A DNA stretch of 64,000 bases, taken from the NCBI GenBank assembly GCA_022558485.1, contig CP066222.1, forward strand, positions 89,930 through 153,929. The letters are read 5' to 3'. The first letter of the stretch is position 1, and every line of letters starts with the position of its first letter. The translations under genes were made by a program, and so were the position numbers. Below the pieces are notes generated by a model that did no database searches, had not been told where the DNA came from, and saw nothing but the letters and a program-made list of their open reading frames with translations. Positions 33,110 to 45,447 of this stretch are shown piece after piece. This stretch comes from a gamma proteobacterium endosymbiont of Trioza apicalis. Lineage in GTDB: Bacteria; Pseudomonadota; Gammaproteobacteria; Enterobacterales; G022558485.

Positions 33110-34912
33110 TTAAAATAAATTACGATTAATTAAATTATTTATTTGTACAATATTAATAGTTTCATATTTTATAAGTGCTTCTTTCATACTATGTAATATA
33201 TCAATATTATTTGTTAATAAATCAAAACTCCTTTTGTAATTACGTTCAATTATTGATTTGATTTCTAAATCAATAAAATATATAGTTTTATCAGATATAT
33301 TTTTATCTGTATTTATAGGACGATTTAAAAATAATTCTTCGTTATTATTATGATATAATAATGGTCCTAATTTTGTTGAAAAACCCCATTTTGTGACCAT
33401 ATTTCTAGCGATTGATGTGGCTATTTTAATATCATTATATGATCCAGTGGATATTTTATTTTTTCCATAAATAATTTCTTCAGCCAAACGACCCCCATAT
33501 AAAGTCGAAATTTGACTTTCTAATTTTTGTTTACTAATATTTAATATATCTATTTCCGGTAAGAAAAATGTTGCTCCAAGAGTGTGTCCACGAGGTATGA
33601 TAGTTATTTTATGTATAGGATCATGCTCTGGTACCAATAAACCTACAATTGCATGACCAGCTTCATGATATGCAGTACATTCTTTTTGTTCTTCACTTAT
33701 TAATATAGATCTACGTTCAGAACCCATTATAATTTTATCTTTTGCTTTTTCAAATTCAATCATAGATATAGATGTTTTATTAATTCTCGCTGCGAATAAT
33801 GCAGCTTCATTTACTAAATTTGCTAAATCTGCTCCTGAAAATCCTGGAGTACTTCTAGCTATTATTAAAGCATTTACGTTTTTATCTATTATTGTTTTTT
33901 TCATATGTATTTTCAATATTTGTTCTCTACCTTTTATATCAGGTAAATCAACTAATACTTTTCTATCAAAGCGTCCAGGTCTTAATAAAGCAGGATCAAG
34001 TACATCAGGCCTATTTGTTGCCGCAATAATTATTATACCTTCCTTACCTTCAAAGCCATCCATTTCTACTAACATTTGATTTAATGTTTGTTCCCTTTCG
34101 TCGTTCCCCCCACCAAAACCTAAGCCACGATGCCTACCAACAGCATCGATTTCATCAATAAAAATTATACATGGTGATGATTTTTTTGCTTTTTCAAACA
34201 TATTACGAACACGCGACGCGCCAACTCCTACAAACATTTCAACAAAATCAGAACCTGAAATAGTAAAAAATGGAACCTTAGCCTCACCTGCAATAGCTTT
34301 AGCCAACATAGTTTTACCGGTACCAGGAGGTCCAATCATTAAAATTCCTGTAGGAATTTTACCACCTAATTTTTGAAAACGTTTAGGTTCTTGTAAAAAA
34401 TTTACTATTTCACTAACTTCTTCTTTTGCTTCATCACAACCAGCTATATCAATAAATTTAGTTTTTATTTGATTTTTTTTTAAAATACGTGCTTTATTTT
34501 TACCAAAATTTATAGCACCTTTACCAACACCATGAACTTGATATATAAAAAAAAACCAAACACCTACTAATAACAACATCGGAAACCAAGAAATAAATAC
34601 AGAAGTTAATAAACTAGGTTCATCGGAAGGGCTTCCTAATATTTTAATATTTTTATCTAAAACAATATCAAGTAATTTATTATCATTAATTGGCATATAT
34701 GTAATATTATGTTTGTTGTTTTTATTTGTAATAATAATTTCACGACCATTAATATGTATTTCTTTTATTTGATTTTTATTTAATTTAGACATAAATGTAG
34801 AGTAATCTACTTTATTATAATCATTTTCATTTATGACATAATTTTGAAAAAATGAAATTAACATAATTACAATTATTATCCAAAGCATTAAATTTTTAAT
34901 TATATTATTCAA
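33110..34912 (-). CDS. ftsH: ATP-dependent zinc metalloprotease FtsH
   Basis: 600-aa ORF highly similar to E. coli FtsH ([20 protein letters not shown], the SRH region, Zn motif HEAGHA). The start is a TTG at 34912. An in-frame ATG at 34888 is the alternative. Confidence 0.97.
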   Translation of the reverse strand: MNNIIKNLMLWIIIVIMLISFFQNYVINENDYNKVDYSTFMSKLNKNQIKEIHINGREIIITNKNNKHNITYMPINDNKLLDIVLDKNIKILGSPSDEPSLLTSVFISWFPMLLLVGVWFFFIYQVHGVGKGAINFGKNKARILKKNQIKTKFIDIAGCDEAKEEVSEIVNFLQEPKRFQKLGGKIPTGILMIGPPGTGKTMLAKAIAGEAKVPFFTISGSDFVEMFVGVGASRVRNMFEKAKKSSPCIIFIDEIDAVGRHRGLGFGGGNDEREQTLNQMLVEMDGFEGKEGIIIIAATNRPDVLDPALLRPGRFDRKVLVDLPDIKGREQILKIHMKKTIIDKNVNALIIARSTPGFSGADLANLVNEAALFAARINKTSISMIEFEKAKDKIIMGSERRSILISEEQKECTAYHEAGHAIVGLLVPEHDPIHKITIIPRGHTLGATFFLPEIDILNISKQKLESQISTLYGGRLAEEIIYGKNKISTGSYNDIKIATSIARNMVTKWGFSTKLGPLLYHNNNEELFLNRPINTDKNISDKTIYFIDLEIKSIIERNYKRSFDLLTNNIDILHSMKEALIKYETINIVQINNLINRNLF

Positions 34913-34962
34913 GAAATTAACCTCATATTAATTTTATTTATAATTATTATAAAATTAAAAAT

Positions 34963-35592
34963 TTATTTTTTATATCCTTTTGCAATAATGTAAAATTCTT
35001 TAGAATTTACTCTTGATGCTTTTGGTTTTCGTATTTTTATTTTTTTAAACATAAATTTAATTTTTTTAATATAAAAATTTAAACCTTCTCCTTGAAAAAT
35101 TTTTATTACAAAATTACCGTTTTTTTTTAAAAAAATCTTACAAATATTTAAAATATTTTTAATAATATATATAAATTTAGGTATATCAATTTCAGATATA
35201 CCACTGATATTAGGTGATATATCAGATAAAACTACATCAACTTTATTTTTTTCAACATATTTTAATATTTTTTTTAAAATTATATTATTGCAAACATCTT
35301 CCTTAATAAAAAAAACATTTTTAATTGAATTAATGGGTAAAATATCACAAGCTATAATTAATCCATTTTCACCTATTGTTTTTTTTATATATTGCAACCA
35401 ACCTCCAGGAGATGATCCTAAATCTATTATAGACATACCTAAATTTAATATTTTATCACGTTTTTGTATTTCTGAAAGTTTAAACCAAGCTCTGGAATAT
35501 AATTTGTTTTTTTTTGCTTTTTTTACATATTTATCTTTAAAATGATTTTTCATCCATTTATTTGAATTTAAATAGGTTTTTTTAAAAAACAT
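34963..35592 (-). CDS. rlmE: 23S rRNA (uridine2552-2'-O)-methyltransferase
   Basis: 209-aa ORF with FtsJ/RrmJ motifs (YRSRAWFKL-like SRAWFKL, DLG.SPGGW, V.SD..PN.SG). It lies upstream of ftsH as in E. coli. Confidence 0.93.
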   Translation of the reverse strand: MFFKKTYLNSNKWMKNHFKDKYVKKAKKNKLYSRAWFKLSEIQKRDKILNLGMSIIDLGSSPGGWLQYIKKTIGENGLIIACDILPINSIKNVFFIKEDVCNNIILKKILKYVEKNKVDVVLSDISPNISGISEIDIPKFIYIIKNILNICKIFLKKNGNFVIKIFQGEGLNFYIKKIKFMFKKIKIRKPKASRVNSKEFYIIAKGYKK

Positions 35593-35615
35593 ATAATTCC
35601 TAATTGATTCATATA

Positions 35616-36092
35616 TTAAATATATAATATATTAATAATTTTATATTTTTTTTCCCCACTTGGTGTTTTAATAATAACATAATCACCAAGATTTTTTCCT
35701 ATTAAACCTCTAGAAATAGGTGAATTTACAGATATTAGATTTTTTTTTATATCAGATTCATCATCACCAACAATACGATAAGTTTTAATTTTTTTATTAT
35801 TACAATTTTTAATACTAATTGTTGAACCAAATATAATACGATTGTTAAATTTAAATTTTGTTACATCTATTATTTGAGAATTTAATAATTTTATTTCAAT
35901 TTCATTAATTCGATGTTCACAAAATTTTTGTTGTTCTTTTGAAGCTCTATATTCTGCATTTTCTTTTAAATCACCGTGTTTACGAGCATTTTTTATATCT
36001 TTTATAATTTCTGAACGACGTATTTTTTTTAAATATTTAAGTTCTTTTGATAATTGTTTATAACCGTAAACAGTCATTGGAATTTTATTCAT
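35616..36092 (-). CDS. greA: Transcription elongation factor GreA
   Basis: 158-aa ORF (IPMT..G...L..EL..LK...R.EI...I..AR.HGDLKENAEY.A.KE.Q, C-terminal SP..R.LIGK..GD). Confidence 0.95.
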   Translation of the reverse strand: MNKIPMTVYGYKQLSKELKYLKKIRRSEIIKDIKNARKHGDLKENAEYRASKEQQKFCEHRINEIEIKLLNSQIIDVTKFKFNNRIIFGSTISIKNCNNKKIKTYRIVGDDESDIKKNLISVNSPISRGLIGKNLGDYVIIKTPSGEKKYKIINILYI

Positions 36093-36175
36093 AATTAAAT
36101 ACCTTTAATAAATTATATTATAACATTAAATTTAATATTTATTAATATAATTTTAAAAAAATTATATAATTTAAA

Positions 36176-37273
36176 TTAAAAAAAATTATTTAAAAATATT
36201 TTTTTTATAATACCCCCACCAATACAACGTTCTAATATATAAAAAACCGCAGATTGTCCTGGCGCTATAGCAAATATAGGTTTAGTTAATTTAACTATTA
36301 ATTGATTATTAAATGTTAATTTTAAATTACAATTGATATCTAATTGACGATATTTAGTTTTAACTGTGCAATTTAAATTTTTTTTTATCAAATTTGGTTC
36401 GATCCAATTAATATCAGAAACAATAAATTTTTTAAAAATTAATTTCTTATTTTGAGATACAATTAATTGGTTTTTTGTAATATTTTTATTTATTATATAC
36501 CAAGGACTCGCATAAGTATTACTTATACCACCTATATTTAAACCTTTACGTTGACCGATTGTATAATACGCAACGCCTTTATGTTTACCTATTTTTTTCC
36601 CTTTAATTGTAATTATTATTCCTGGTTTTTGATATAAATAAGAAGTAATAAATTTTATAAATTTTCTTTTACCAATAAAACATATACCTATTGAATCTTT
36701 TTTATTAAAATTAAATAAATTAAGTTTCATAGCTATATATCTTACTTCTGATTTAGTTAAATTCCCTATTGGAAACAAACATCTTAATAATTTTTTATAA
36801 TTTAAAATATAAAGAAAATAACTTTGATCTTTATTTTTATCTAAACCACGTAATAAAAAAAATTTGTTATTATAATTGCCTAAACGAATATAATGACCAG
36901 TGGCAATATAATCTGCATTCAATTCTTTTATTGCAAATTTTAAAAATAATTTAAATTTTATTTCTTTATTACATAATATATCTGGATTAGGCGTGCATCC
37001 TATTTTATATCCTTTAATAAAAAATTTAAAAACATTATTCCAGTATTCATCCGAAAAATTAATAATATGTAAAATTATATTTAATTTATTACATATAGAT
37101 TTAACATCATTTAAATCATTAATATAAGTACAATATTTTTCATTATTATTTTCTTCCCAATTTTTCATAAATAAACCTTCTATATAATAACCTTGTTTTT
37201 TTAAACACCAAGCAGAAACAGAAGAATCTATACCACCAGACATACCAACTATTACTTTAATTTTTTTATTAAT
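36176..37273 (-). CDS. mnmA: tRNA-specific 2-thiouridylase MnmA
   Basis: Colinear with E. coli MnmA (SGG.DSSVSAW.L..QGY..EGLFMKNWEE, TPNPDILCN.EIKF, NKDQSYFLY, PGQSAVFY). The first ATG is at 37243, but the in-frame codons upstream read INKKIKVIVG, matching E. coli KKVIVG before MSGG. AAAGGAG (37284-37290) lies upstream and a TAA closes the frame at about 37291-37293. I therefore place the start at the ATT at 37273. The start assignment is uncertain. The gene call is firm. Confidence 0.9.
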   Translation of the reverse strand: MNKKIKVIVGMSGGIDSSVSAWCLKKQGYYIEGLFMKNWEENNNEKYCTYINDLNDVKSICNKLNIILHIINFSDEYWNNVFKFFIKGYKIGCTPNPDILCNKEIKFKLFLKFAIKELNADYIATGHYIRLGNYNNKFFLLRGLDKNKDQSYFLYILNYKKLLRCLFPIGNLTKSEVRYIAMKLNLFNFNKKDSIGICFIGKRKFIKFITSYLYQKPGIIITIKGKKIGKHKGVAYYTIGQRKGLNIGGISNTYASPWYIINKNITKNQLIVSQNKKLIFKKFIVSDINWIEPNLIKKNLNCTVKTKYRQLDINCNLKLTFNNQLIVKLTKPIFAIAPGQSAVFYILERCIGGGIIKKIFLNNFF

Positions 37274-37338
37274 AAAAAAATAACTCCTTTAATATTAAAA
37301 TATTTATATAATCAAAAATATTTAATAAAATATTTATT

Positions 37339-39258
37339 TTAATTCCATAATAAATCTTTTTGAGGTAATTCTAATAAAAATCGACTTGGTTTTAATTTAA
37401 TTAATTTACCATATTGATATTTTTTATTACACAAAGTAAGGGTTAATTCTTTTTTAGCTCTTGTTATTCCTACATAAACTAAACGACGTTCTTCTTCAAT
37501 ATTATTAATGTCTATGCTATTTTTATGAGGTAAATTACCCTCTTCCATACCTACTAAAAATACATAAGAAAATTCTAATCCTTTAGAAGCATGTAATGTC
37601 ATTAATTGTACTTGATTTATTTTATTTTTTTTTACATATAATGTTTCATGTAATACAAAACAATCAATAATTTCTTCTAGTTTCATAGAATTATTTAAAT
37701 TAGATCCATTAATCATTTTATTAATCCAATTAATTAAATTATTAACATTATTAATTTTTATTTTAGCTTTTTTAAAACAAGATGAAGTTTTGATCAACCA
37801 ATTTTTATAATCTATATCTATAAGAATATTGTCTATAATTTTAATAAAATTTGTTTTATATTTTAAAATAATTTTATTAAACCAAAAATTAAAATTTCTT
37901 AACAATTTTAAAGTATGTTTATTAAATATTTCTTCTAAACCTTTATCTAAAATAGAATTAAATAAACTTGTGTTTTTATTTTTCGCCCAAATAATTAATT
38001 TTTTTAATGTAATTAAACCAATTTTACGTTTGGGTACATTTATTATATTTAAAAAAGCATTATCGTCATTTAAATTAACAAATAAACGTAAATAAAAAAT
38101 TATGTTTTTAATTTCTAATTTAGAAAAAAAAGAACCATTGCCTGAAACGCAATAAGGAATACAATTATATAATAAATTTTTTTCAAACAATTTAGATTGA
38201 TTATTTTCACGATATAAAATAGCATAATCAGAATAACGAGTTTTATTTAAAATATTATGTTTTAATAAATTTATAATTACTTTAGATGCTTCCTCTTCTT
38301 TGTTTTTATTTTTAATAACTTTTATTTTTTTTCCATAATTTAAATTTGAATAAAGTTTTTTTTTATAAAAATGTAAATTATTAGAAATAATAATATTTGC
38401 AGCGTTAATAATTCTTTTTGTAGAACGATAATTTTGCTCAAGTTTTATCAATTTAAGTTTAGGAAAATCTTTTTTTAATAATAATAAATTTTTAGGTTGA
38501 GCTCCTCGCCAAGAATATATTGATTGATCATCATCACCAACTACCGTAAATTTTTTAGAAGAACCTGTTAATAATTTAATTAACTGATACTGAATAAAAT
38601 TAGTATCTTGATATTCATCAATTAAAATATATTTTAATTTATTTTGCCAATATTTACGTATTAAAAAATTATTTTTTAATATTTTTACGGATTTGTATAT
38701 TAAATCGTCAAAATCTAATATATTACATTTTATTAAATGACTTTCATATATTTTATATAAATAATTAAATAATATTATGTCTTTATAAAAAAAATTTTTA
38801 TTATTTTTTTTAAATAAAGTTAAATAATTTTTATAATTAGAAATATAAAAAATAAATTTTTTAAGAAATTTTTTATTATTTAAAAAATAATATGGAATTA
38901 ATTTTTTTAATAAAATTATTTGATCTTTTCTATTTAATAAAATTAATTTATTTTTTATATTTAAATTTTTATAATTATATTTTATAATTTTTAAACCAAG
39001 AGAATGAAAAGTAGTTATAATAATTTTTGAATTTTCTTTATAATTTAATATTTGAAATACTCTATTTTTCATTTCATTAGCAGCTTTATTAGTAAAAGTT
39101 ATAGCTGCAATATTTTTAGCTTTATAATTACAATATTTAATTAAATAAATAATTTTATTAACAATCACTTTTGTTTTACCTGAACCGGCACCTGCTAATA
39201 TAAAACATGGTTTATTAATTAAATAAATAGCTTTTTTTTGATTATAATTTAAACACAT
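37339..39258 (-). CDS. rep: ATP-dependent DNA helicase Rep
   Basis: From the ATG at 39258 the protein is 639 aa (MCLNYNQKKAI..), colinear with E. coli Rep (MRLNPGQQQAV..). Shared motifs are AGAGSGKT, TFTNKAA.EMK.R, DEYQDTN, VGDDDQSIYSWRGA, LEQNYRS, QLMTLHASKGLEF, EERRL.YVGITRA and PSRFLLELPQ.DL.W. The track's TTG at 39270 adds 4 residues. Confidence 0.94.
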   Translation of the reverse strand: MCLNYNQKKAIYLINKPCFILAGAGSGKTKVIVNKIIYLIKYCNYKAKNIAAITFTNKAANEMKNRVFQILNYKENSKIIITTFHSLGLKIIKYNYKNLNIKNKLILLNRKDQIILLKKLIPYYFLNNKKFLKKFIFYISNYKNYLTLFKKNNKNFFYKDIILFNYLYKIYESHLIKCNILDFDDLIYKSVKILKNNFLIRKYWQNKLKYILIDEYQDTNFIQYQLIKLLTGSSKKFTVVGDDDQSIYSWRGAQPKNLLLLKKDFPKLKLIKLEQNYRSTKRIINAANIIISNNLHFYKKKLYSNLNYGKKIKVIKNKNKEEEASKVIINLLKHNILNKTRYSDYAILYRENNQSKLFEKNLLYNCIPYCVSGNGSFFSKLEIKNIIFYLRLFVNLNDDNAFLNIINVPKRKIGLITLKKLIIWAKNKNTSLFNSILDKGLEEIFNKHTLKLLRNFNFWFNKIILKYKTNFIKIIDNILIDIDYKNWLIKTSSCFKKAKIKINNVNNLINWINKMINGSNLNNSMKLEEIIDCFVLHETLYVKKNKINQVQLMTLHASKGLEFSYVFLVGMEEGNLPHKNSIDINNIEEERRLVYVGITRAKKELTLTLCNKKYQYGKLIKLKPSRFLLELPQKDLLWN

Positions 39259-39376
39259 AAAATATTCCAAATTTATTAATAATACTAATAAATAATTATT
39301 ATCATTATATATAATATAATATATAATGTTATATTTTTAAATATGATAATTTTAATATTATAGGAATTTTTTAAAA

Positions 39377-40645
39377 ATGTTAAATATTAATTTAATAAAA
39401 GAATTAAAAAATCGTGGATTAATTTTAAATATTACAAATGAAAAAAAATTAATTAAAAAATTAAAAAATAAATATATTTTTTTATATTGTGGTTTTGATC
39501 CTACAGCAGAAAGTTTACACTTAGGACATTTAATTCCATTAATTTTTTTAAAAAGATTTAAATTAGCTGGTCATAATCCATTAATTTTGATTGGTGGAGC
39601 AACTGGTTTAATTGGAGATCCTAGTTTTAAAAAAAAAGAGCGAGAATTAAATAATTATAATAAAATTAATATATGTATCAAAAAAATTAAAAAACAAATT
39701 TTATTTATTATGAATTCAAATAATAATATTATTGTAAATAACTACGAATGGTTTAATAAAATTAATATAATTTACTTACTACGTAATATTGGTAAATATT
39801 TTTCAGTTAATAAAATGATTAAAAAAGAGATTATAAAAAATCGTTTAAATAAAAATAATAATATATCTTTTACTGAATTTACATATACTTTATTACAAAG
39901 TTATGATTTTGTTATACTTAATAAAATATATAAAGTAATACTCCAAATTGGAGGTAGTGATCAATGGAGTAATATAATATCTGGAGTTGATTTAACAAAA
40001 AAATTAAATAAAAATATTGTTTTTGGTTTAACTTTACCTATTATTATTAATGATAATGGTATTAAATTTGGTAAAACTGAAAAAAATACAATATGGTTAG
40101 ATTCTAATAAAACAAGTTCTTATAAATTCTATCAATTTTGGTTAAATATTAAAGATAATAATATCTATTATTTTTTAAAAATTTTTACATTACTTGATTT
40201 AAAATATATTAATATTTTAAAAAAAAATAATTTTAAAAATAAACAAATACCATATGCAAAATATATTTTAGCAGAAGAATTAACACTTATGGTCCATGGT
40301 ATTAAAAAATTAAATTCAGCAAAAAATATTACTAATAGTTTGTTTAATGGTGAAGTTAATAACTTAAATAAATATGATTTAGAACAATTATTTAAAAATG
40401 GAATACCCAAAATTTTAATTAATAAAGAAATTCTAATAATTGATTTACAACAAATTCTTATTATGGCTAAATTAGCTAAATCAAGAAAACAAGCAACTAA
40501 TATGATTATAGCTAATGCTATTCAAATAAATGAAAAAAAATGCACAAAACTAAATTATTTTTTTAAAGATATTGATAAATTATACGGATGTTATACTTTA
40601 ATTAAAAAAGGTAAAAAAAATTATTGTTTAATATATTGGGAATAA
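39377..40645 (+). CDS. tyrS: Tyrosine--tRNA ligase
   Basis: 422-aa ORF with class I motifs HLGH and KFGKT (the KMSKS equivalent), GGSDQW, and a C-terminal S4-like domain. Confidence 0.95.
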   Translation: MLNINLIKELKNRGLILNITNEKKLIKKLKNKYIFLYCGFDPTAESLHLGHLIPLIFLKRFKLAGHNPLILIGGATGLIGDPSFKKKERELNNYNKINICIKKIKKQILFIMNSNNNIIVNNYEWFNKINIIYLLRNIGKYFSVNKMIKKEIIKNRLNKNNNISFTEFTYTLLQSYDFVILNKIYKVILQIGGSDQWSNIISGVDLTKKLNKNIVFGLTLPIIINDNGIKFGKTEKNTIWLDSNKTSSYKFYQFWLNIKDNNIYYFLKIFTLLDLKYINILKKNNFKNKQIPYAKYILAEELTLMVHGIKKLNSAKNITNSLFNGEVNNLNKYDLEQLFKNGIPKILINKEILIIDLQQILIMAKLAKSRKQATNMIIANAIQINEKKCTKLNYFFKDIDKLYGCYTLIKKGKKNYCLIYWE

Positions 40646-40670
40646 TATTAATAATAAATTTATAAATTAA

Positions 40671-41018
40671 TTAATTTAACCTTTCTTTAATACGAAATGA
40701 TTTGCCAATACGTTTACGCAAATAATATAATTTAGCTTGACGTGTTATACCTTTTCTTTTAACAAATATTGAATAAATATTTGGAGAATGTTTTTGAAAA
40801 ACACGCTCAATCCCTTCATTATTAGAAATTTTTCTTACAGTAAAAGAAGATCGCAAACCTCTGTTACGAATAGCAATAACCACACCATCAAATATTTGTA
40901 ATCTTTTTTTTTTATTTTCTATAATCCATATTTTAACTTCTATTAAATCTCCTGGGCGAAAATATGTTATATTATTTTTTATTTGATTTGCTTCTAATTT
41001 TTTTATTATATTTTTCAT
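40671..41018 (-). CDS. rplS: 50S ribosomal protein L19
   Basis: 115-aa ORF (F.PGD...[25 protein letters not shown]...G.ERVF..HSP). Confidence 0.96.
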   Translation of the reverse strand: MKNIIKKLEANQIKNNITYFRPGDLIEVKIWIIENKKKRLQIFDGVVIAIRNRGLRSSFTVRKISNNEGIERVFQKHSPNIYSIFVKRKGITRQAKLYYLRKRIGKSFRIKERLN

Positions 41019-41053
41019 AATTTTAAAACCTTGTTTAAATTAAAATTTTATAA

Positions 41054-41569
41054 TTAAAAATCAATATTCCAATCAACTTTAATAATATTATTTATTAAAT
41101 CTATATTTTTGATAATTTTATTATAAATAAATGGAATAAAATATTTTTTTTTTAAATTAATAACAACAAGAACATTATTACAAACTGTTTCAATAATTTC
41201 AATAATTTTACCTATTTTATAATTATTAATATTAATTATTTTACATCCAATAATATCTTTCCAGTAATAATTACCATCATTAAGTTTAGGTAATTGTGAA
41301 TAATTAATAATTATTTTACAATTAGTAAATAATTTTGCAATATTTCTATTATTTATATTTTTTAATTTAATAATTAAATTTTTATTAAAATACTTCCATC
41401 TTTCTAATTTTAAAATTTTATATTTTAATTTTTTTTTTATATACCAAGGTTGATATTTAAATAAATTTTCAATTTTTTGTGTAAATGAAATAACTTTTTG
41501 CCAACCTAATATACCATGAGGAGAACAAATTTTACCTATAATTAACGGCTTTTTTATTAAAAATAACAT
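41054..41569 (-). CDS. rimM: Ribosome maturation factor RimM
   Basis: From the ATG at 41569 (one nt past the rpsP stop) the protein is 171 aa, colinear with E. coli RimM (G.I.S.HGI.GW..V.SFT......F.YQPW.I.K, SQLP.L..G.YYWKD..GC, VDW). The track's start at 41650 overlaps rpsP and is rejected. Confidence 0.88.
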   Translation of the reverse strand: MLFLIKKPLIIGKICSPHGILGWQKVISFTQKIENLFKYQPWYIKKKLKYKILKLERWKYFNKNLIIKLKNINNRNIAKLFTNCKIIINYSQLPKLNDGNYYWKDIIGCKIININNYKIGKIIEIIETVCNNVLVVINLKKKYFIPFIYNKIIKNIDLINNIIKVDWNIDF

Positions 41570-41570
41570 T

Positions 41571-41819
41571 TTATTTTTTTTGTTTAAATTTATTGATAAG
41601 CATAGAGACACGTTTCGAAATTTCAGCGCCTTGTTTAACCCAATAATCAATACGATTAATATTTATATTTAAATTTAAAATATTATTTTTTATTACAGGA
41701 TTATAAAAACCAATACGTTCAATAAATTCACCATCTCTTTTTTTACGTTTATCAGTTACAATTATTTGATAAAAAGGTAGTTTTTTTCTACCACAACGGG
41801 TTAAACGAATAATAACCAT
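41571..41819 (-). CDS. rpsP: 30S ribosomal protein S16
   Basis: 82-aa ORF (MV.IRL.R.G.KK.PFYQI.V.D.R..RDG.FIERIGFYNP). Confidence 0.96.
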   Translation of the reverse strand: MVIIRLTRCGRKKLPFYQIIVTDKRKKRDGEFIERIGFYNPVIKNNILNLNININRIDYWVKQGAEISKRVSMLINKFKQKK

Positions 41820-41880
41820 AAATTATCTCCTTATTAACAATTAATTAAATAATGAAATATTTAAAAAATTTTAATTATTA

Positions 41881-43218
41881 TTAAAATTTAAATATATCTT
41901 TAATATTTTTAAATATTTTTTGCATTTTCATATTTTTCATTTTTTCTGTTATATCATACATAAAATTAAATTGCTTTAATAAACAATTAACATCATATAT
42001 TTTCATGCCACAACCTGAAGCAATACGACGCTTCCTTGATTCTTCTATAATTTTAGGATTTAAACGTTCTTTTTTTGTCATAGAATTAATAATATTTTTA
42101 ATACAAATTAAATTTGTATCATCAATTGTTGAATTTATATATTTTGAAAAAAAATTAATATTAGGTAATTTTTTCAATATACTATTTACACCACCTATAT
42201 TTTGTATTTGTTTTAATTGTTCTAAAAAATCGTTTAAATTAAAATTTCCACCTTTTTCAAATTTATTAAACATTTTTTTAGTATATTTAATATCAACTTT
42301 ATTTGTAATATTTTCAATTAAAGATTTTATATCACCTCTGCCTAATATTTGATTTGCAATACGATCAGGATAAAATTTTTCAAATGCATTATTTTTTTCA
42401 CCAATTGTTATAAATTTTATTGGTTTTCCTGTAATATATTTAATTGATAATGCAGCCCCACCTTTTGTATCACTATCTACTTTAGTAAGAATTATACCAG
42501 TAATAGATAAAATATCATTAAAAGTTTTAATAATATAAGCTGAATTCTGGCCAAACATAGAATCCATTACAAATAATGTTTCTATTGGACATAAAAAAGA
42601 ATGAATAATTTTTATTTCTTTCATCATTATTTTATCAATATGTAAACGCCCAGCTGTATCCACTAATAGTATATCATAAAATTTATTTTTAGCATTATTT
42701 AAAGCTAAAGATACAATATCAATAGGTTTCTGTAAAATATTTGATGAAAAAAAATCAATATTAATATCTTTAGATAATATTCTAAGTTGATCAATAGCTG
42801 CTGGTCTATATATATCAGTAGATACAATTAATATTTTTTTTTTATTTTTTTCGTTTAAAAATTTACCGAGTTTAATAATAGTAGAAGTCTTACCAGAACC
42901 TTGAAGACCAACCAATAAAATTATTGATGGATACTGAGATATTAAATTCAAATCATTATTTTTATCACCCATAATATAAACAAGTTCATTATAAATTATA
43001 TTAATAAATTTTTGAATAGAAATAAAATCTATATCTATATATTTTTTAAAAAATGCCTTTTCTATTTGATTTATTATTTTTTTTATAACAGGCAACGCAA
43101 CATCGGATTCTATTAATATTATATTTATTTTATATAAAACATCTTTAATATTTTTTTTAGAAATATGATTAATATTATATAAGATATTTAATAATTTATT
43201 TGATAAATTTGTAAACAT
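41881..43218 (-). CDS. ffh: Signal recognition particle protein Ffh
   Basis: 445-aa ORF with SRP54-type GTPase motifs (GLQGSGKT, DTAGRL, TK.D.D.KGGAALS) and a Met-rich M domain at the C-terminus. Confidence 0.95.
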   Translation of the reverse strand: MFTNLSNKLLNILYNINHISKKNIKDVLYKINIILIESDVALPVIKKIINQIEKAFFKKYIDIDFISIQKFINIIYNELVYIMGDKNNDLNLISQYPSIILLVGLQGSGKTSTIIKLGKFLNEKNKKKILIVSTDIYRPAAIDQLRILSKDINIDFFSSNILQKPIDIVSLALNNAKNKFYDILLVDTAGRLHIDKIMMKEIKIIHSFLCPIETLFVMDSMFGQNSAYIIKTFNDILSITGIILTKVDSDTKGGAALSIKYITGKPIKFITIGEKNNAFEKFYPDRIANQILGRGDIKSLIENITNKVDIKYTKKMFNKFEKGGNFNLNDFLEQLKQIQNIGGVNSILKKLPNINFFSKYINSTIDDTNLICIKNIINSMTKKERLNPKIIEESRKRRIASGCGMKIYDVNCLLKQFNFMYDITEKMKNMKMQKIFKNIKDIFKF

Positions 43219-43332
43219 AATAATTACTCAATATAAAATTTAATAATTTATTTAAAATAATTTATTTTAAATATAATTATAATAAATTATTAATTTAATA
43301 ATATTTATTTTAAATACATCAAAATTAATTAA

Positions 43333-45197
<1,865 letters not shown>

Positions 45198-45216
45198 ATT
45201 TAAATCCTTGATTTAA

Positions 45217-45447
45217 TTATTTATTTTTATTATAATAATTATACAATATTTTTTTAATACCTTTTTTATTAATTATTCGCATACCTTTAACTGATAGTTT
45301 TAATTTAATAAATTTATTTTTTTTTGCAAACCAAAATCGATGTATATGAAGATTTAACATAAATTTACGTTTAGTAGCATTCATTGCATGAGATCGATTG
45401 TTACCACACAAGAACTGTTTTTTAGTAATCTGACATAATTGTGACAT
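45217..45447 (-). CDS. rpmB: 50S ribosomal protein L28
   Basis: 76-aa ORF (MS..CQ.T.K....GNNRSHA.NATKR.F..NLH.HRFW......F..L..S.KGMR.I.KKGI). Confidence 0.96.
   Translation of the reverse strand: MSQLCQITKKQFLCGNNRSHAMNATKRKFMLNLHIHRFWFAKKNKFIKLKLSVKGMRIINKKGIKKILYNYYNKNK

Noticed and set aside
42005-42352. 115-aa plus-strand ORF inside ffh
   Set aside because: It is nested antisense within the well-conserved ffh. It is Phe/Ile/Leu-rich with no motifs. Long antisense frames are expected because A/T-rich sense codons give stop-poor complements in some frames.
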